This document shows, piece by piece, positions 27,267 to 40,494 of a stretch of 64,000 nt of DNA (positions within the stretch are counted from its first letter, which is position 1; each line of letters starts with the position of its first letter). Source of the DNA: Paragordius varius. Its lineage: Eukaryota > Animalia > Nematomorpha. The notes beneath the pieces are model-generated. The model saw only the letters and a program-made list of their open reading frames with translations, had not been told where the DNA came from and did no database searches. Position numbers and translations under genes: made by a program. Location of the stretch: positions 11,532,001 to 11,596,000 of the forward strand of contig OZ176054.1 of the NCBI GenBank assembly GCA_964247055.1. The letters run 5' to 3'.

Positions 27267-28065
27267 TCAGATTGATTTAAATGACTGACTACCATTTAAA
27301 GAATAAATGCGCTCTTTCCAATCAAATACATGGCTCTATATGTAAATTTTAATTATAAAACTTTCGAGTTTAATGTTAAATCGAAATCAAAAATTATCGA
27401 TGAACCCTAATAAAATAAAATTCTCAGACCATTTTTTTTCAGATATAATATAAATGTATTTTTAATGAAAAAATTTTAAATATACAAGAATGGAAGTTAA
27501 AAAAAAGTCAAAATTTGTTGTCCAGTGTATTTATTGAAAATCAACCTGTTTTTTTATAATTTAATATTTTTTACAATAACTCATTTTTTATTTTTGCAAA
27601 ATTCCTTTGTTTACTTACAAATTCCAAAATTTTGATATCTAGGCACTCAACTTCTTCGTTGTAAGCCGCTTTAGAGGCAGTCTTTATATAATTTCCAACA
27701 AAAAACTATTGATCCGCTATGTTTAGTTAAAGACATAAGTATCATCAATTTTAATACCAAATATTAAAAATTGATTGTTTTCCAATTAGATTTATTTTAA
27801 TGGTTCAATAAAGATTCACTCGAGATTAGTGATTTTTTAGAGTGTAATATGAATTTTAGATGTAATCATTTTTTTTAAAAAAAATTTAATTACCAAAAGA
27901 ATTAAAAGGTATTTAGAATTTTATTGTAAAAGTTTAATCTTAACGGGTCAATAAAATTAGTCTCTTGCATACCACATATTTTTTGGGAAAAAACGATTCC
28001 GTATTTTTTCCAAAACATTTTTGATACGGTTCCAGTTTATGGTCAATGTTAGGGAAAGATTTCAT
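27267..28065 (-). CDS. Candidate small lineage-specific gene (~97 aa), unverified
   Basis: Four stop-free phase-0 exons (27973-28065, 27619-27705, 27362-27406, 27267-27335) join at GT-AG sites, including a 26-nt intron. No recognisable homology. Confidence 0.3.
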
Positions 28066-28211
28066 TTCAGTTTTTTTAAAAAATGCTTAATTATATCCAA
28101 TATATTGATGAAAGTTTAAACTATCCATTATAAATGAATCTTAAACAGCACTCCATAATCTTTGAAGTAGTCTTAACCATAACCCACAAAATTATTTTAA
28201 AAGTATAAAAC

Positions 28212-28367
28212 AGAGTTGGTCGTCCAGCAATAACATGGGACAAAAACATTACCCAAGACCTACAGGCCAAAAACATAAAAGCCGGGGACTGGTTAAACAA
28301 AAAATCCTACAATGCAATGATCAAACACCTAAACCCCGTCACGACGGGATGCCAAGGGACCTCTTGA
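28212..28367 (+). mobile_element. Short 3' end of a non-LTR retrotransposon ORF (RTE-like)
   Basis: RVGRPAITWDKNITQDL..NPVTTG* resembles the RGRP..W.D.V..D C-terminal tail of RTE-type RTs. It is GC-richer than its flanks. Confidence 0.45.
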
Positions 28368-28442
28368 CAACAGATATCTATCTATCTAGAAAAAAATAAA
28401 TATATATTTTATAATAATTAAAGAGACAAATATATTACACGA

Positions 28443-28824
28443 CTATAATGAATATAATTTAAGTTGTTCATTTAAATCAGTTTCCGAAAATTTGCCAAAT
28501 TTATCCTCATTCTCATGCATGAGCTTCATAATTGCCTTTAATTGTTCGCGTTCAATTCTGTTTAATAAAATTTCATATTTAACCTTTTCTCTTCTTGCAA
28601 ATCGTCCTGTTTTTTAAGATTTTCATAAGCATCCACATATTTTCGGTTTAAAATTTTATTAGAATCCCATGTATAAATGGATTCATGAGGGAGATCAATA
28701 AAAGACGATTTCTACCATTATAATAAAGAGAAACTTTTTTTGGAGGTGCTAAATACTTGTTGACACAGAGATAACATAAGATTCCCAGTAAGATAGTGGT
28801 CGCAAATAATAAAAATTGATCCAT
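28443..28824 (-). CDS. MXRA7: MXRA7-like small single-pass membrane protein (110 aa)
   Basis: Exons 28735-28824, 28584-28711 and 28443-28557. N-terminal anchor MDQFLLFATTILLGILCYLCV. The C-terminus DDLQEEKRIEREQLKAIMKLMHENEDKFGKFSETDLNEQLKLYSL* matches the MXRA7 motif EEEQRVQKEQLAAIFKLMKDNKETFGEMSDGDVQEQLRLYDM as recalled. Not in the ORF track because of 23- and 26-nt introns. Confidence 0.85.
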
Positions 28825-28964
28825 TTTTTCAAATCACATAGAAATGCGATAATTTTTATATCATCGATTCGATCAACCCATCATTAAAAAGATCTTTTCA
28901 GCTGTAGAATATTGGTGAATTGGTGGAAAGTTAAAACAAACACGCCTCCAAATACAATATAATA
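28825..28964. promoter_or_regulatory. Putative bidirectional promoter and 5' UTRs between MXRA7-like and PDAP1
   Basis: Only 140 nt separate two divergently oriented start codons (28824 minus, 28965 plus). Confidence 0.6.
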
Positions 28965-31001
28965 ATGTCAAGACGAGGCCGAGGTTTTAAAATTAATTTT
29001 ACATTTAGCTCCAAAATATAATCACAAGGGGAAAGCTAGACATTTTACGAACCCTGAAGAAATTCAAAGACAAATGAACGAATCAACCAATGCATTTAGA
29101 CGAGTATATTAATCTTTTTATTGTAACAATTAGAAAAAAGAAACAACCGAAAGCAGCTCAGAGGAAGAGGATGAAAATTCAAGCGAAAATGTTTCTGAAA
29201 GCGAAAGCGATGTATTTGTTTAAATTATATTTTTTTCAGAATGGAAATAAGGGAGTTACCAATCTAATCGAAGTTGAGAATCCGAATCGAGTCAAAAATA
29301 CATCCAAAAGCATACATGCGGTTAGTAATGTTCCCGAAAAAGTTCAAGTATCACGGAAAGAGAGGTAAAATATTTTTTGGCTAATAAGTTTTTATCGTTT
29401 TTTACTTTGTACTTATTTATTAATTAAAATTTATTTGACGTAATTCATTTAAGCGATTTTATATTTTATCCTTAATGATATCTGTGATATTTAGAAAAAA
29501 TATGTAAAAAAAAATTGTATGCAACTTTTAGCCAGTCACATTAAAATTTATTTTCATACATCAATTATTTATTAATACTTTTTCATAGTTATCAAATTTA
29601 TCTATATCGATTGAAATAATGATTTAAATCCTAAACAATAAAATTTTTTTGCGTATTTAGTCAATAAAACCTAATTTTCCATATCAAATGAAATGTTTAT
29701 ATTATAAGGGAAGCGATAGAAAAAGAACGAGCTGCTCAACGTTACGAACAATTACACGCTCAAGGCAAAACCGAAGAAGCCAGAAAAGATTTAGAAAGAT
29801 TGGCCCTTATACGAAAGCAGAGAGAGGAAGCCGCCGCCAAACGGAATGCTGAAAAACAGGGTTATTGCATATTTCTTTTGTGACATACATGTGGTTGGTT
29901 TATCACAAAGTTTTGAGAATATACCGTTTTTTGATTGACTTTAAGGGTTAAAATTGTCATTTTTAGTAGAAGAAAACGTATATTTTTGAACTTTATTATC
30001 ATATTCTTCTTATCGCTCTTGACTGGTTATAACGGAGGATTAACGTCAAATGGAAAAGAATTTTTTTTGTCTTGGCAACACAACCATATTTTTTTCTCCG
30101 TACATTTTTAACTTTTATGATAATTAATGACTTTTGTTTAGTTATTTTAACAATCTAAAATTATAATACGGATGTCAAAATAAAAGATTAAAATGTTAAA
30201 GCCAAAAATATCTACCCTTTTTTATCTCCGATTCATTTAATAGGTTTTTGTTAGGGTCCTATCTTTTTATTGAAAGTCAAAATAATGGCGCAACCTTGTT
30301 TGAAATAGCCGATGATCACTTTTTATGTCATTATTTTAATAAAATTTTATAAATATACAGAACTTTAAACGTTACCTGAAAAAATAATAATATGTTCAAT
30401 AGAACTGTATTTTTTACTTCCTTTTTATCAGTTTTGTTCGGTATGCGAAACTTTCATATAAAGTACAACTTTATGGTTCCTTATTTTTATATAGCTCAAT
30501 GATTAATATTTCCAACGGAATCAATTAAGCAAATAAATAAGAATGCACATATATTAAACATTAAAACTTTGGGTTAATATGTGTTTTTATATCCAAAGCC
30601 AAATTTTTTGGTCTTTATTTTTTAAGTAACCCATATTATTGAGATTGTATTAGAAATGTCACCATCAATTTACATTGTTATTATATAAGTTACTAGATAC
30701 TTGATCGATATTTATATCTCCGTGTTTTTCCAGGTTAACCACAAATTAATTTATTACATTCAGACTTTTTATTGTAAACATTTAGTGTTTTATATCATAT
30801 TTGATGAGATCCTATTTTTTGATTTTTTTAAAATTAGCTCTGTTGTTGATTAAAAGGTTCGCCAAAAATCAATAAAACCGATTTAGTAAAATAAATCGAT
30901 TAGAATTATAAACTTTATATATACATTCTTTTATATTTTCACTATTGATCATAGGTCCAGTTAAGCCAAACCCCAGTGATGCTTTCAAGAAAAAGACTTA
31001 A
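28965..31001 (+). CDS. PDAP1: 28-kDa heat- and acid-stable phosphoprotein (PDGFA-associated protein 1)
   Basis: Exons 28965-28983, 29009-29103, 29134-29211, 29240-29364, 29709-29860 and a probable last exon 30955-31001. They give [14 protein letters not shown], an acidic Ser-rich tract, [14 protein letters not shown] and [47 protein letters not shown]. The last exon is uncertain. Confidence 0.93.
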
Positions 31002-31739
31002 TCGAAAAAATGTGAATGGAATCCGAATATAATATATCACACAAGATATTTGCTCAGATCATGACCAAATGTTAACTAATTTTACCAAATTCATATCTCG
31101 ATACACACATATCACATATTTTTCATGTTGCAATCTCTGATATATAAAAAACCTTTTTTAGGGTTAGTTAATTTCATTGTACATACATTTTTATATGTTA
31201 TTGTGCTTTTAAAGATTGAATATCCAAAAATAAATAAGATGTGATCAACCTTTCTTATCGTATTTATGCTCGCCACTTATTAATGTACGGAATTTCATAT
31301 TGCCAAAAACGAACAGGACTTTTATCCAAATCTTTATATAATTTTTTTTGAATACATAAGGTGTTTCACTACATCCCCATTACCATTAAAAAATTCTTAT
31401 TTTCTTTTTGACAAAATTACTTTTATTTAAAAAAATATTTTCGACATTAATAATAATCATTAGTTACTAATTACAACTTTCTAGAATTACATACATTAAA
31501 ATTTAATTTTAAAAAGTAAAATTTTCAAAATCAAATTTTTAATATAGAGCTAATGTGTTTGAAAATATTAAATTGTTTACTAAGCAAGAAGTAAAAGCTT
31601 AAATATATTACTCTTTAAAACTATTTTATCCTATGCTTTTTATCTTATGCTATAATTTAAGTTTTTATTTCGAAATGATCAGGTAACAAAAGAATGTATT
31701 TACCCTTTTTTAACAAATACCATTATACCTTTGAGCTAT

Positions 31740-31960
31740 GCATGATTCATTTTGTCTTTTGTGGAATGGCTAGCCATTGTACCAGTAATGAGATGGTCTT
31801 ATCATCGCATATTGGCAACACTTTACTTTTAATGTTTCTTTTTTCTCCGTTAAATTGGTCTACTTCCATCATTGATGCTTATAGGGTGTAAATCAAAAAA
31901 TTTATTATTCAATTGCTCTGGAGTACCTGTGATATGGCCGAAGTATCTGAGTTCATTTTT
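31740..31960 (-). mobile_element. Possible remnant of a non-LTR retrotransposon C-terminus
   Basis: Minus strand reads ELRYFGHI, a motif typical of LINE RT tails. The rest is degraded. Confidence 0.3.
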
Positions 31961-32084
31961 TGCGATATTTATCAATAAATCTGAGACATATATGCATGAT
32001 TTTGTTGCCGCGTTTTATGTAATTTTTGAAGCCAAAAAATGAAATTAAAAAATATAATCTATTATTATTTAGACTGTGTGTATT

Positions 32085-32405
32085 GCTACAGTCGAGGTTC
32101 ACTTTTTGAAATATTGTAAAAAAAACTTCTCCATAGGTTGCGTGGCTTAATGTTGAGTTCTGTTAAGGTTGCATTGGTTTCTTGTAGAATATTGTCCATC
32201 CACATTATCCTTCTTCGGCCCCTTTTACGAATACCACTAACCTTTCCCAAGATCAAGGCTTTTCCCAGGAGTTAGATCTCACAATTTGGATAAAGTAGGA
32301 TAATTTGGTGCGGATGTACATTCCTAGCAATGACATATCGTGAATTATTTTATTTAAAATTGCTTTGTTAGTTATTTTATCCGTCCATTTTATTTGCAAG
32401 TACTC
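32085..32405 (-). mobile_element. Second 3' fragment of the RTE-clade LINE seen at 5518-5900
   Basis: LQIKWTDKITNKAIL..MSLLG..TKLSYF..VRSNSWEK/ALILGKVSGIRKRGRRRIMWMDNIL..NLWRSFFYNISKSEPRL* aligns by eye with the 5518 copy. Confidence 0.8.
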
Positions 32406-32659
32406 CTGAGATAAACGGAGGATACGGCCGCAAATAATAACAAAATTAGGGATCCCATGATGTCAGCTTAAAAATGAAATTCCACTACAAATGCAATCAT
32501 TTGCCCAGCTTTTCTCTACGGGTTTAGGTTGGACTTTAAAAAAATCCGATTTACGGATAATAAACTCCTTTGAACTCTGGTGGAGAAAAAACTTGCAAAG
32601 CTAACGGTTATTAATTGTTATTAAAATAATCGCATTTTTTTGTATAAAAAATAGGAAAT

Positions 32660-33720
32660 CGAAGAGGAATCAATTATAAATTTAAAAATATTGTCCATCG
32701 GCTACTGCACATTTCGCCCATCCTCAGGCAATATATATAAGCCATGCCAGAAAATCTGGTTTTTTAGCAATAAACCATTTGAGGCATATTGCGTCTTCGA
32801 AATTATTGAGTTACTGCTCTGCGAGCGTGAGTTCCATAGATGCAATATGCAAAATCATCTGGCACCGGATAATGATACGCCGGATGAGGAACAATTTCGC
32901 AATCAATTTAAAGGTGTGTTTTACTGAATTAGCTGTAAGTTGGACCATTTTCCTGTAGCGAAATCAATTTACCATGTATTCTGGCCATTATGCTTAAAAA
33001 AATTTGTTCTAACTTTATGTATTAAAGTCAACAGTTGCAATTGTTTATAATGAAATACAGCCATCCCACCAGACTCAGATCATGGTCCCATAGCCGAGGC
33101 GGTTTGGCCTTGGTGTTTATGGATCTGTTTGGCAGTATGATAGTCACGAGTTTCGCTTTGGATTTACAAAAATCCAATTGACTCCACTCGTCATAATTTA
33201 ATGCAAAAATGATTTTTTTCGTAACATTGAGCAGGATTTCACAAGTCACTTTGGAATTTTACATTAGTCGCATACATCTAAAGATTGCCTTTTGTGATAA
33301 ATGTGGGTCATCAACCAATAATTCTTGCAATTAGCACCTTCGCAGTTGTGTGATCTACCAGAGTCCCCACAATCTTTCACATAATATAACTTTTATATTT
33401 CAAAACCATATTTTTCACGTGTTCGATAGAGCATGTTCACCATATGTTTTTGCTAGTAAATGATAACTTTCAACATCCTTTCTCTTTTGATAAAATAAAA
33501 AGAGCAATTACCGCAAATGTTTTTTATTTCAGGCAGAAAATTCGACATCATTCCTTAATGATAAATCAATGCCACTAAGTGTCTGTTTTTCGTTTAATTT
33601 ATGGTGAGCAAAATGGGGTCTGTAATAAATTATCGCCTGCATACATTTCGCTGACGTCTTATTTAGTTAAACCGATAACATATGAAAACTCGTGATTTAG
33701 AAATATGAATATATATATAT
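32660..33720 (-). mobile_element. Decayed mariner (Tc1/mariner) transposon
   Basis: Minus-strand remnants LAKTYGEHALS, LLVDDP, TCEILL, PHPAYHYPV.DD (PHPxYSPDLAPSD-like) and EDGRNVQ*PMD (W..CV..DG.YF-like, frameshifted). Many frameshifts; boundaries approximate. Confidence 0.75.
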
Positions 33721-36700
33721 ACCATAAATGTGCCAAATTTAGGTTCAAAAATGTAGTAGATCTGATAATTTCGGACTCCATCTTTCAGCCGAAAATGATT
33801 GGGCCTCACCTAACATATAAGTAAAATAAACTAAAAAAATGATTATAAGACGGTTTTTTAGGACTTCTTGGCAAATCAATAAATAATAGTATAAAAGTGT
33901 GTATGTGGCTAAGTTTTGACATCTATAAAGTAAAACGTCTAAAATGCAAAAATAAAATTGCTTTATAGAATGATATTATTTTACAAAATTTATTAAAATT
34001 TGTATGGGATAAAAATTTAAATAAAGCATAATTTTTGTTTATAAACGCTTCGTTTTTGCACCTTAGCTCTTTTTGCATTAAAAACATGTTATTGACCCGT
34101 TCGATATATGAGAGAGAGAACAAAAAATGTATTTTTAATTAAATAACATTATAAAACCAGTTTTTATAAATTTTAAAGCTAAATTGTTCAAAGTACCTAA
34201 GACAAATGGCTTTGCGGGCGGCATTCAAAAATATATGGGCATTGATAAATATTTTAATAGATTTCAAACTTAAAACAAAAATCAAAAAAACTTTAAAATG
34301 GATACTGATTTCACCAATTTTACCATTTAGTTGACGAATGGAATTTAAACAAATATCTAAGAAAATTCGATATTAAAATTTATTTTATATCAATATTTTT
34401 GCGATACATTTCGAATTTGTTTTTAACATTTTTCTTAAACCAAGTGTTGGGCACCCCTGATTTACAGAAAATGTTTTATTTGCTTGACATTTACACACAT
34501 CGGTGATAAAATGCATTTTAAATTTCTAAAACCTTCAATTTTTTGTTTATTTAAAATGATCGGCATCAAAATACAGATCAATAGTAAAATCCTAAATTTT
34601 ATAATTTCTTTCTTTACAACTTTATGAAGATTTTTCTAAATATTTATGCATTAGTTAGATATTAATTGATTTAAATATGGTCTAAAATCTTTTTCGCTGC
34701 CCGCTAAGTAATTTGTGTCCTAATAAAACGCTTTAATTTAACGTAAATTATTAATGCGCTAATCTAAGAAAAATTTAGATAAAAAAATCTCTAAATTTTT
34801 TCCAATAGAAAATTGTTGTTTATTGATTTATTTTACCATTTTTGCCTTATTTATCTATCAACTTTACTCCCTCCTTTTGTTTGTCATTTCAAAATTTCAG
34901 AAATTATAAAACTTTTTTCAATCCATCATTTTTTGAGAGAGGATAAACTATAGGTTTAAAATTTATCATTTGAAAATAAAAACTATCCTGATAGTGTGTT
35001 TATAAATGATTATAGATAATTTTGGAAAATATAAATTTTCATATACGCAGTTCTTTCATGATTAATTATAAAAATATTAATTAATACAGTTCATAATATT
35101 TATAAATACTGTACATGTGCGGGGAAAAATATCGTTAAACAAAATTTTTAGCTTTAATATAGCTTCCATGCTATTCTCTTAATTAATTCCTTTTTTTGCT
35201 ACAATATTAATTAATCTCGACAGAGCGAGAATGCCGGATCCAATCTCATATATATGCATAATAGCTAAAACAAAAAAAGTCATCATTGAAATCCTATTCC
35301 TATGTGGAAAAATTAATGAAAATAATGTTTAAAACTTTTTTAAAAAAATAAAATTTTGCTTTTGATATTTTAAGCGGTATTACAACAAAGCGAAAATATG
35401 ACATTATCAAAACGGTTTATGACAAAGTTTTAATCAGTGTGGGTTTTAAAAATTTATTCTTCCGTCTATATTCTGCTAATGAAGATTAGGCCTTTTAAAA
35501 AATTTAAAAATATCTTGTTTAAATCCATTTTTAATTTTGTAGATCAAGGGATTCTTTTTTAAAAAAATTGGTTATACTAAAATAAAAAGTCTTGATTTTA
35601 GTGCCATCCATTTGTGTAGAGTCCATATTGTCTCAAATGAGCCATAAATCAAATCAATCGTTTTCTTTAGCTTTAAGGATCATTATAACCGAATACTTAA
35701 GTATATTTAAACGTTTTTTAGTATTCTAAAATGTATTATCTAATCTCTGTATGAAGTTTTAAAAGTGAAAAGATGAGCAGGTTCAGTCATAAAAAATCGA
35801 TAATAAATACTTTTAAATGTGTTCACTACAGGTAGATTATTTTTTTTCAAAAAAACGCATTAATTTTAAGGAGTTTTTTCGGACAAAATATCGATATTAT
35901 ATCCTTTTAAAAAAGTATAATTTAATTATAATTACGCTGCAGTCAATATCCAGTTTATTGCATCGCCATTTCTTTTGCCAAAAAACAAAATTAAATAAAT
36001 AATCGATATAAAATATTTAGAAATTTAAATTAAAGATATTGAAACTAAATAGATTATTTTTCTGCAGATGTGTAACTTTACAAGAAAGATATGAAATCAT
36101 GAACTGATATATCCCTTGATAGTGTCATGGCTAGAAAAAATTTTATAAGTTGCCGCCTTTTTTCGGCGCCAAAAAAATTGCGGGTGATTATATTAAAATT
36201 TTAGAAACAACAATTTATGAAATTTGTGATACAGTAAAAACTGAAATTATACGGACAAAATGTAAAAATATAAAGACAAAAATTTTTTTCTAAAAGACAA
36301 AACCATACTTTTTAAATCTTGATTTATTTCAATATAACTCATTGTTAAATGGCAAAGTCTGAAAAAGAAATATATAATACTAACACAATCAATTCTATAT
36401 GTACAATTGCAAATAAATAGCTTATGAGAAAAATAAAGGTTTTATAAGATCAGCATTAATAATAAATTTATTAATGAATTTTCGTTAGATTCCTCTAATT
36501 TCTTTGGATCAACACAAAAATCGAATTTGAAATAAAGATACAAATTAAAATTATGAAATATTTTATAAAAATAAAGATGTATATCTATTTATGAAAAAAT
36601 CCGTTTTTGGGTTGATATGATTGATTTCTTTTTGTCGGTTTATTAATTTATCTTCATTATTTATATAGTAACTTTCCTTTAATAATCTTTTGGTTCGTTT

Positions 36701-39700
36701 TCTTCTTTATCCATTTCAACGTTAGTTTTATATTTTTACGTTTTCCGTATAATTTTTATTTTTACTGTAAATATTCCTTAAATTACTTTATGTTTATAAT
36801 ATAAAATATGAATAATTTATTATTAATTATAATCAAAAAATTAATAATATTTAAATTAAAAAAATATTTTATATGGTATAACTAAATAAAACATTATTCA
36901 ATTGGTTATCAGATATTATGAATCATATATAATTTTGGTTAACAAGGAGCTGATTATTACTTAATAACGTCTGTATAAAAAGGGATTGATTGAGGTTAGT
37001 ATCGCATTTGGTTTTATTTTTCATCTTTAAAACTCTGTTAAATTTGGAATGCACAGCCAGACGTTCAAATTTTTCTTTGTGGTAAAAATGTTATATAATA
37101 ATTATTGAATTAAGTAAAAATTGCCCAAGTCTGGATAGAAATATAGTATAAATTAATTAAGCCTTTTAAACAAAACTCGAACCTTATCGCGCAACTATCT
37201 TATTAACTATCCAAGCTTATACGTTATAAATGAAAAAATCAGTTAAAAAATGATCATAGTTTTTGGTACCGTGCAGTAGTATGTTTTACATTGGACAACA
37301 ATTAAAAAATATTTAAAAATATTTTTTTAAGGTGGCTACTTTAAAATCCTGGGTCGCTTAGGAGGTCACGAATTTGGAGTCTATTTGAAAATATATCGCT
37401 TCCACATTTCTTCAAAATAGTATTGCGCTTCGAAAAAATTATGCCAATAAAAATTTTAAGCAAAGTATGCTTTTTTCAAAAGTGCTTATTTTTGGCATAC
37501 ATATATTCTTGTCAAACAATTGTCCTTTTGCGTTTATTTCAAAAAAGCCAGCACAGTATAGCTCAGTTTAAGAAAAAATAATAAACCTGCTTACATATAA
37601 AATTATGTTTAATAATGTTTGAGTTATTGTATATATTTATTCATATATGAAATTTTTAGAAGTATTTGGTTTCCACCAAAAAGTATTTGGCATAATGTCC
37701 GCTGATTTTGTGATTTTTCCATATGAAGCAATTACCTAAAAAGTAAATATTTTTCTTAGATTACTTGTAAGGCTCAAAATTAAAAGTATCAATGGATACT
37801 TATTTAAAAATTAATATCATTTAGAATATGTTTTATAATCACTGTTTTTGCACTGTTATATGATACGATGTTAGATTTAGGAAAATTTTATTGGAATATC
37901 TATACATATTTCGTATCCTTTTAAATTTTTAAATTTGATTAATTCCTTAATTTACCAAATCTTGTCACCAAAATTTAACGTTGCCTTATGTCGTATATAA
38001 AAAATAATTTGTCAATAAATATGAATCATTTTGCACCTAAAATATTTTTTATTCTCAAAATATAGCTCCCCAAAAAGGCACGTTTATTGCTACTTAACCT
38101 CAATAATTTTTTAGGGACAAAATATAAAATTATTTTTAATTTTTTTTAAACAAATTTTTTTAGCCGTGTAGAGCTATTTGATGGTTATAAAAATTAAAAA
38201 AATCTATGGATTTTCGTTTCAAATTTAATTATATGAAAAAGGTGATAAAAAATTATAAATTTCAGCACTAATTGTATCATTGTAATCCCATGAGACATCA
38301 CTACTGACACATAGTTGAATAATGGATTTTACTCATTTTCAAAATTTTCAAAAAATTTAATATCTTATATTTTGTTGGTTTCCCATATTCTACCAACAAA
38401 ATAATAATTAAAAAAATATTTTAAAATTTATGTGAAACAACTACATTTGCAGAAGAAACTCTAGGTTCTAGCTATAAAATAGTTTTTAAAATCAAAATTT
38501 TAGTTGCCTTATGGAGTTATAAAATTGTGCGGACAGTTCAAACTTTACATTGTATATCAAAAAATTTTTTCGGATTTAAGAATTTTTCAGGCTATACTGT
38601 TACCGTATCCCTGCTAAATATTTATAACTCAAATTTTTTAGTATGAAACCTTTTAATTAGGCATTTAACTGGATGGATAGTTTTGTAAAGATGAAAATCA
38701 TAAATAAATAATTGACTATTTCATAAATATTTTAACGGTATAGTCTCTGATAATTGGTAACAAAAATATCGTACATTTTAGCATTATTAATATTAATTTT
38801 GAGTAAATGATGAAAGGACAACACTCCACCACAGACCAGAGCAGAACAGACCACATATTATATGAAAATAATGGTGCGGAAATATTTATTATTTGTAAAA
38901 TTTATAATAATATTTTGATATTTTATAATCTCTGTTTTATAGCTAGCTAGCTTCCTAGCTAAATGTTTAATGTTTTGTTTTTGCTTTAAAACTCTATATA
39001 TATAAAATATGGTCCAGAAAATCAATATTTTACATCCCCAAAAAGATTGGTTATATGCCAATGTGTATTACCTGTGTGGCCGAAATAATAATAATTTGTT
39101 TTTGTCTATAATAAAAAAAGCATACATAAAATTGTCATCATAATGTCCTCTGCGCTTTCATAAAAAATTATTTTTTAATGTGATTTTTTATCTTTCTTTT
39201 GTTTAGAAAATATTTTCGCAATGAAAATCTTAACTTGTCATTCCATTTGATGATTTCATTCGTATAACAAGTAAATTTGAAAAAAAAATTTACCATTAAA
39301 AAAAATTAAAAAAAATTGGCAAAAATATTTTTTCAATAACAAGTGGGTATACCTGCATTTATCTTAAATCTGAACTATTTAGAATTTCCAATTTTAACTT
39401 AAAATTCCATTATTGTTTATAATAAAAGTTTGTTTTAGTGGTTATTAATCCTAGTTATAATTAAAATTAATTTACTACAACTCTCTCTATATATTAATTA
39501 ATTAATATCGTTTGTTCATGGATATGCCTGTTGCCTTAAAAATGTTTTGTCCTTTCTTTCAAACAAAAGCGGCTTATTCCTATATGCAAAAAAAACCTTT
39601 TTTATCTTTATTTATTTTTTTAGGTTCCCCTTTGACTTATTAAATTAAGTAACATCATAATAAAAATAAAATTATTGATTAGTAGGTGTAGGTAGTTTTA

Positions 39701-40494
39701 GTATATAAAAGTGTAAATTTTAGCGGTCTATAAAAAAAGAAAATCTCAGATTTGCATAAATTAACGCTAACGGTAACTTTTTCACAATACTTTTTTTTCT
39801 AGCTCATTGTTTTATATGGACTTTTATGTTTTATAGGAATAGAAATTTATTTTTTAAAGATTTTTTATATGTGATTTTAACCAGAGTGAAATTATCTTTA
39901 TTCCATTTTTCGACGCCCGTACTTCCATAAACTGATTGAGGATTTTTTAATAAAAAAACGTTTTGGTCGCATTCGATCTTTTTAATATAATACTAGTTTT
40001 CAACTCATCAATTCAATAATCTGGTAAAAGGTACTTTTTTAGTCATCAATATTTAATTTTTCTTTAAGATGAAAAAATTCCATTCTCATAATTAAACCTT
40101 ACTGTTATCAGGCCAGGTTAAACAATTTATTTGTCAATATAATAATCGAATTTATTTGATATCTATTGACTTTGAATGCTTTAAACTGCCATAGATAAAA
40201 TCTAAAATGTCATAAGTTGTTCAAAAAAAAGTAAATTTAAAAAATATATCTCCAGTCAAGCAGGAGCCAAGACTAAAAAGTAACCCTTAAAACTGGAAAT
40301 CATTACACATCTCTCAGATCTTTTCTCCTTTGTAAATTGAAATCAAATAGGTTTTTTGGGCAGAATTTATAAATATATGATTAAACGTGACATTACATAA
40401 TTAGAATACTACAACAACGTAGTTTAATTGTTAGCCAGGAGGAGAAAAAAAATCAAAAATCCTTAGACCAGTAAAATTCGGATAGTATCATGAA

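Noticed and set aside
28443-29364. Alternative genetic code or assembly frameshifts as the cause of broken frames
   Set aside because: Each break is bounded by GT...AG around a very AT-rich segment whose removal restores homology, and long exons (e.g. 60916-64000) contain no stops under the standard code.
35899-37922. Other U12-like donors (ATATCCTTTT near 35899, GTATCCTTTT near 37913)
   Set aside because: No upstream reading frame resembling Cav3 or another protein; only the 40584 site restores the conserved junction.
33800-40480. Short ORFs in the ORF track (33923, 35817, 38858) and possible hidden genes
   Set aside because: Composition is that of AT-rich non-coding DNA (F/I/K/N/L-rich), with no motifs and no consistent exon chain found. 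A weak inverted pair at about 34200/34720 may be another MITE but was too degenerate to call.
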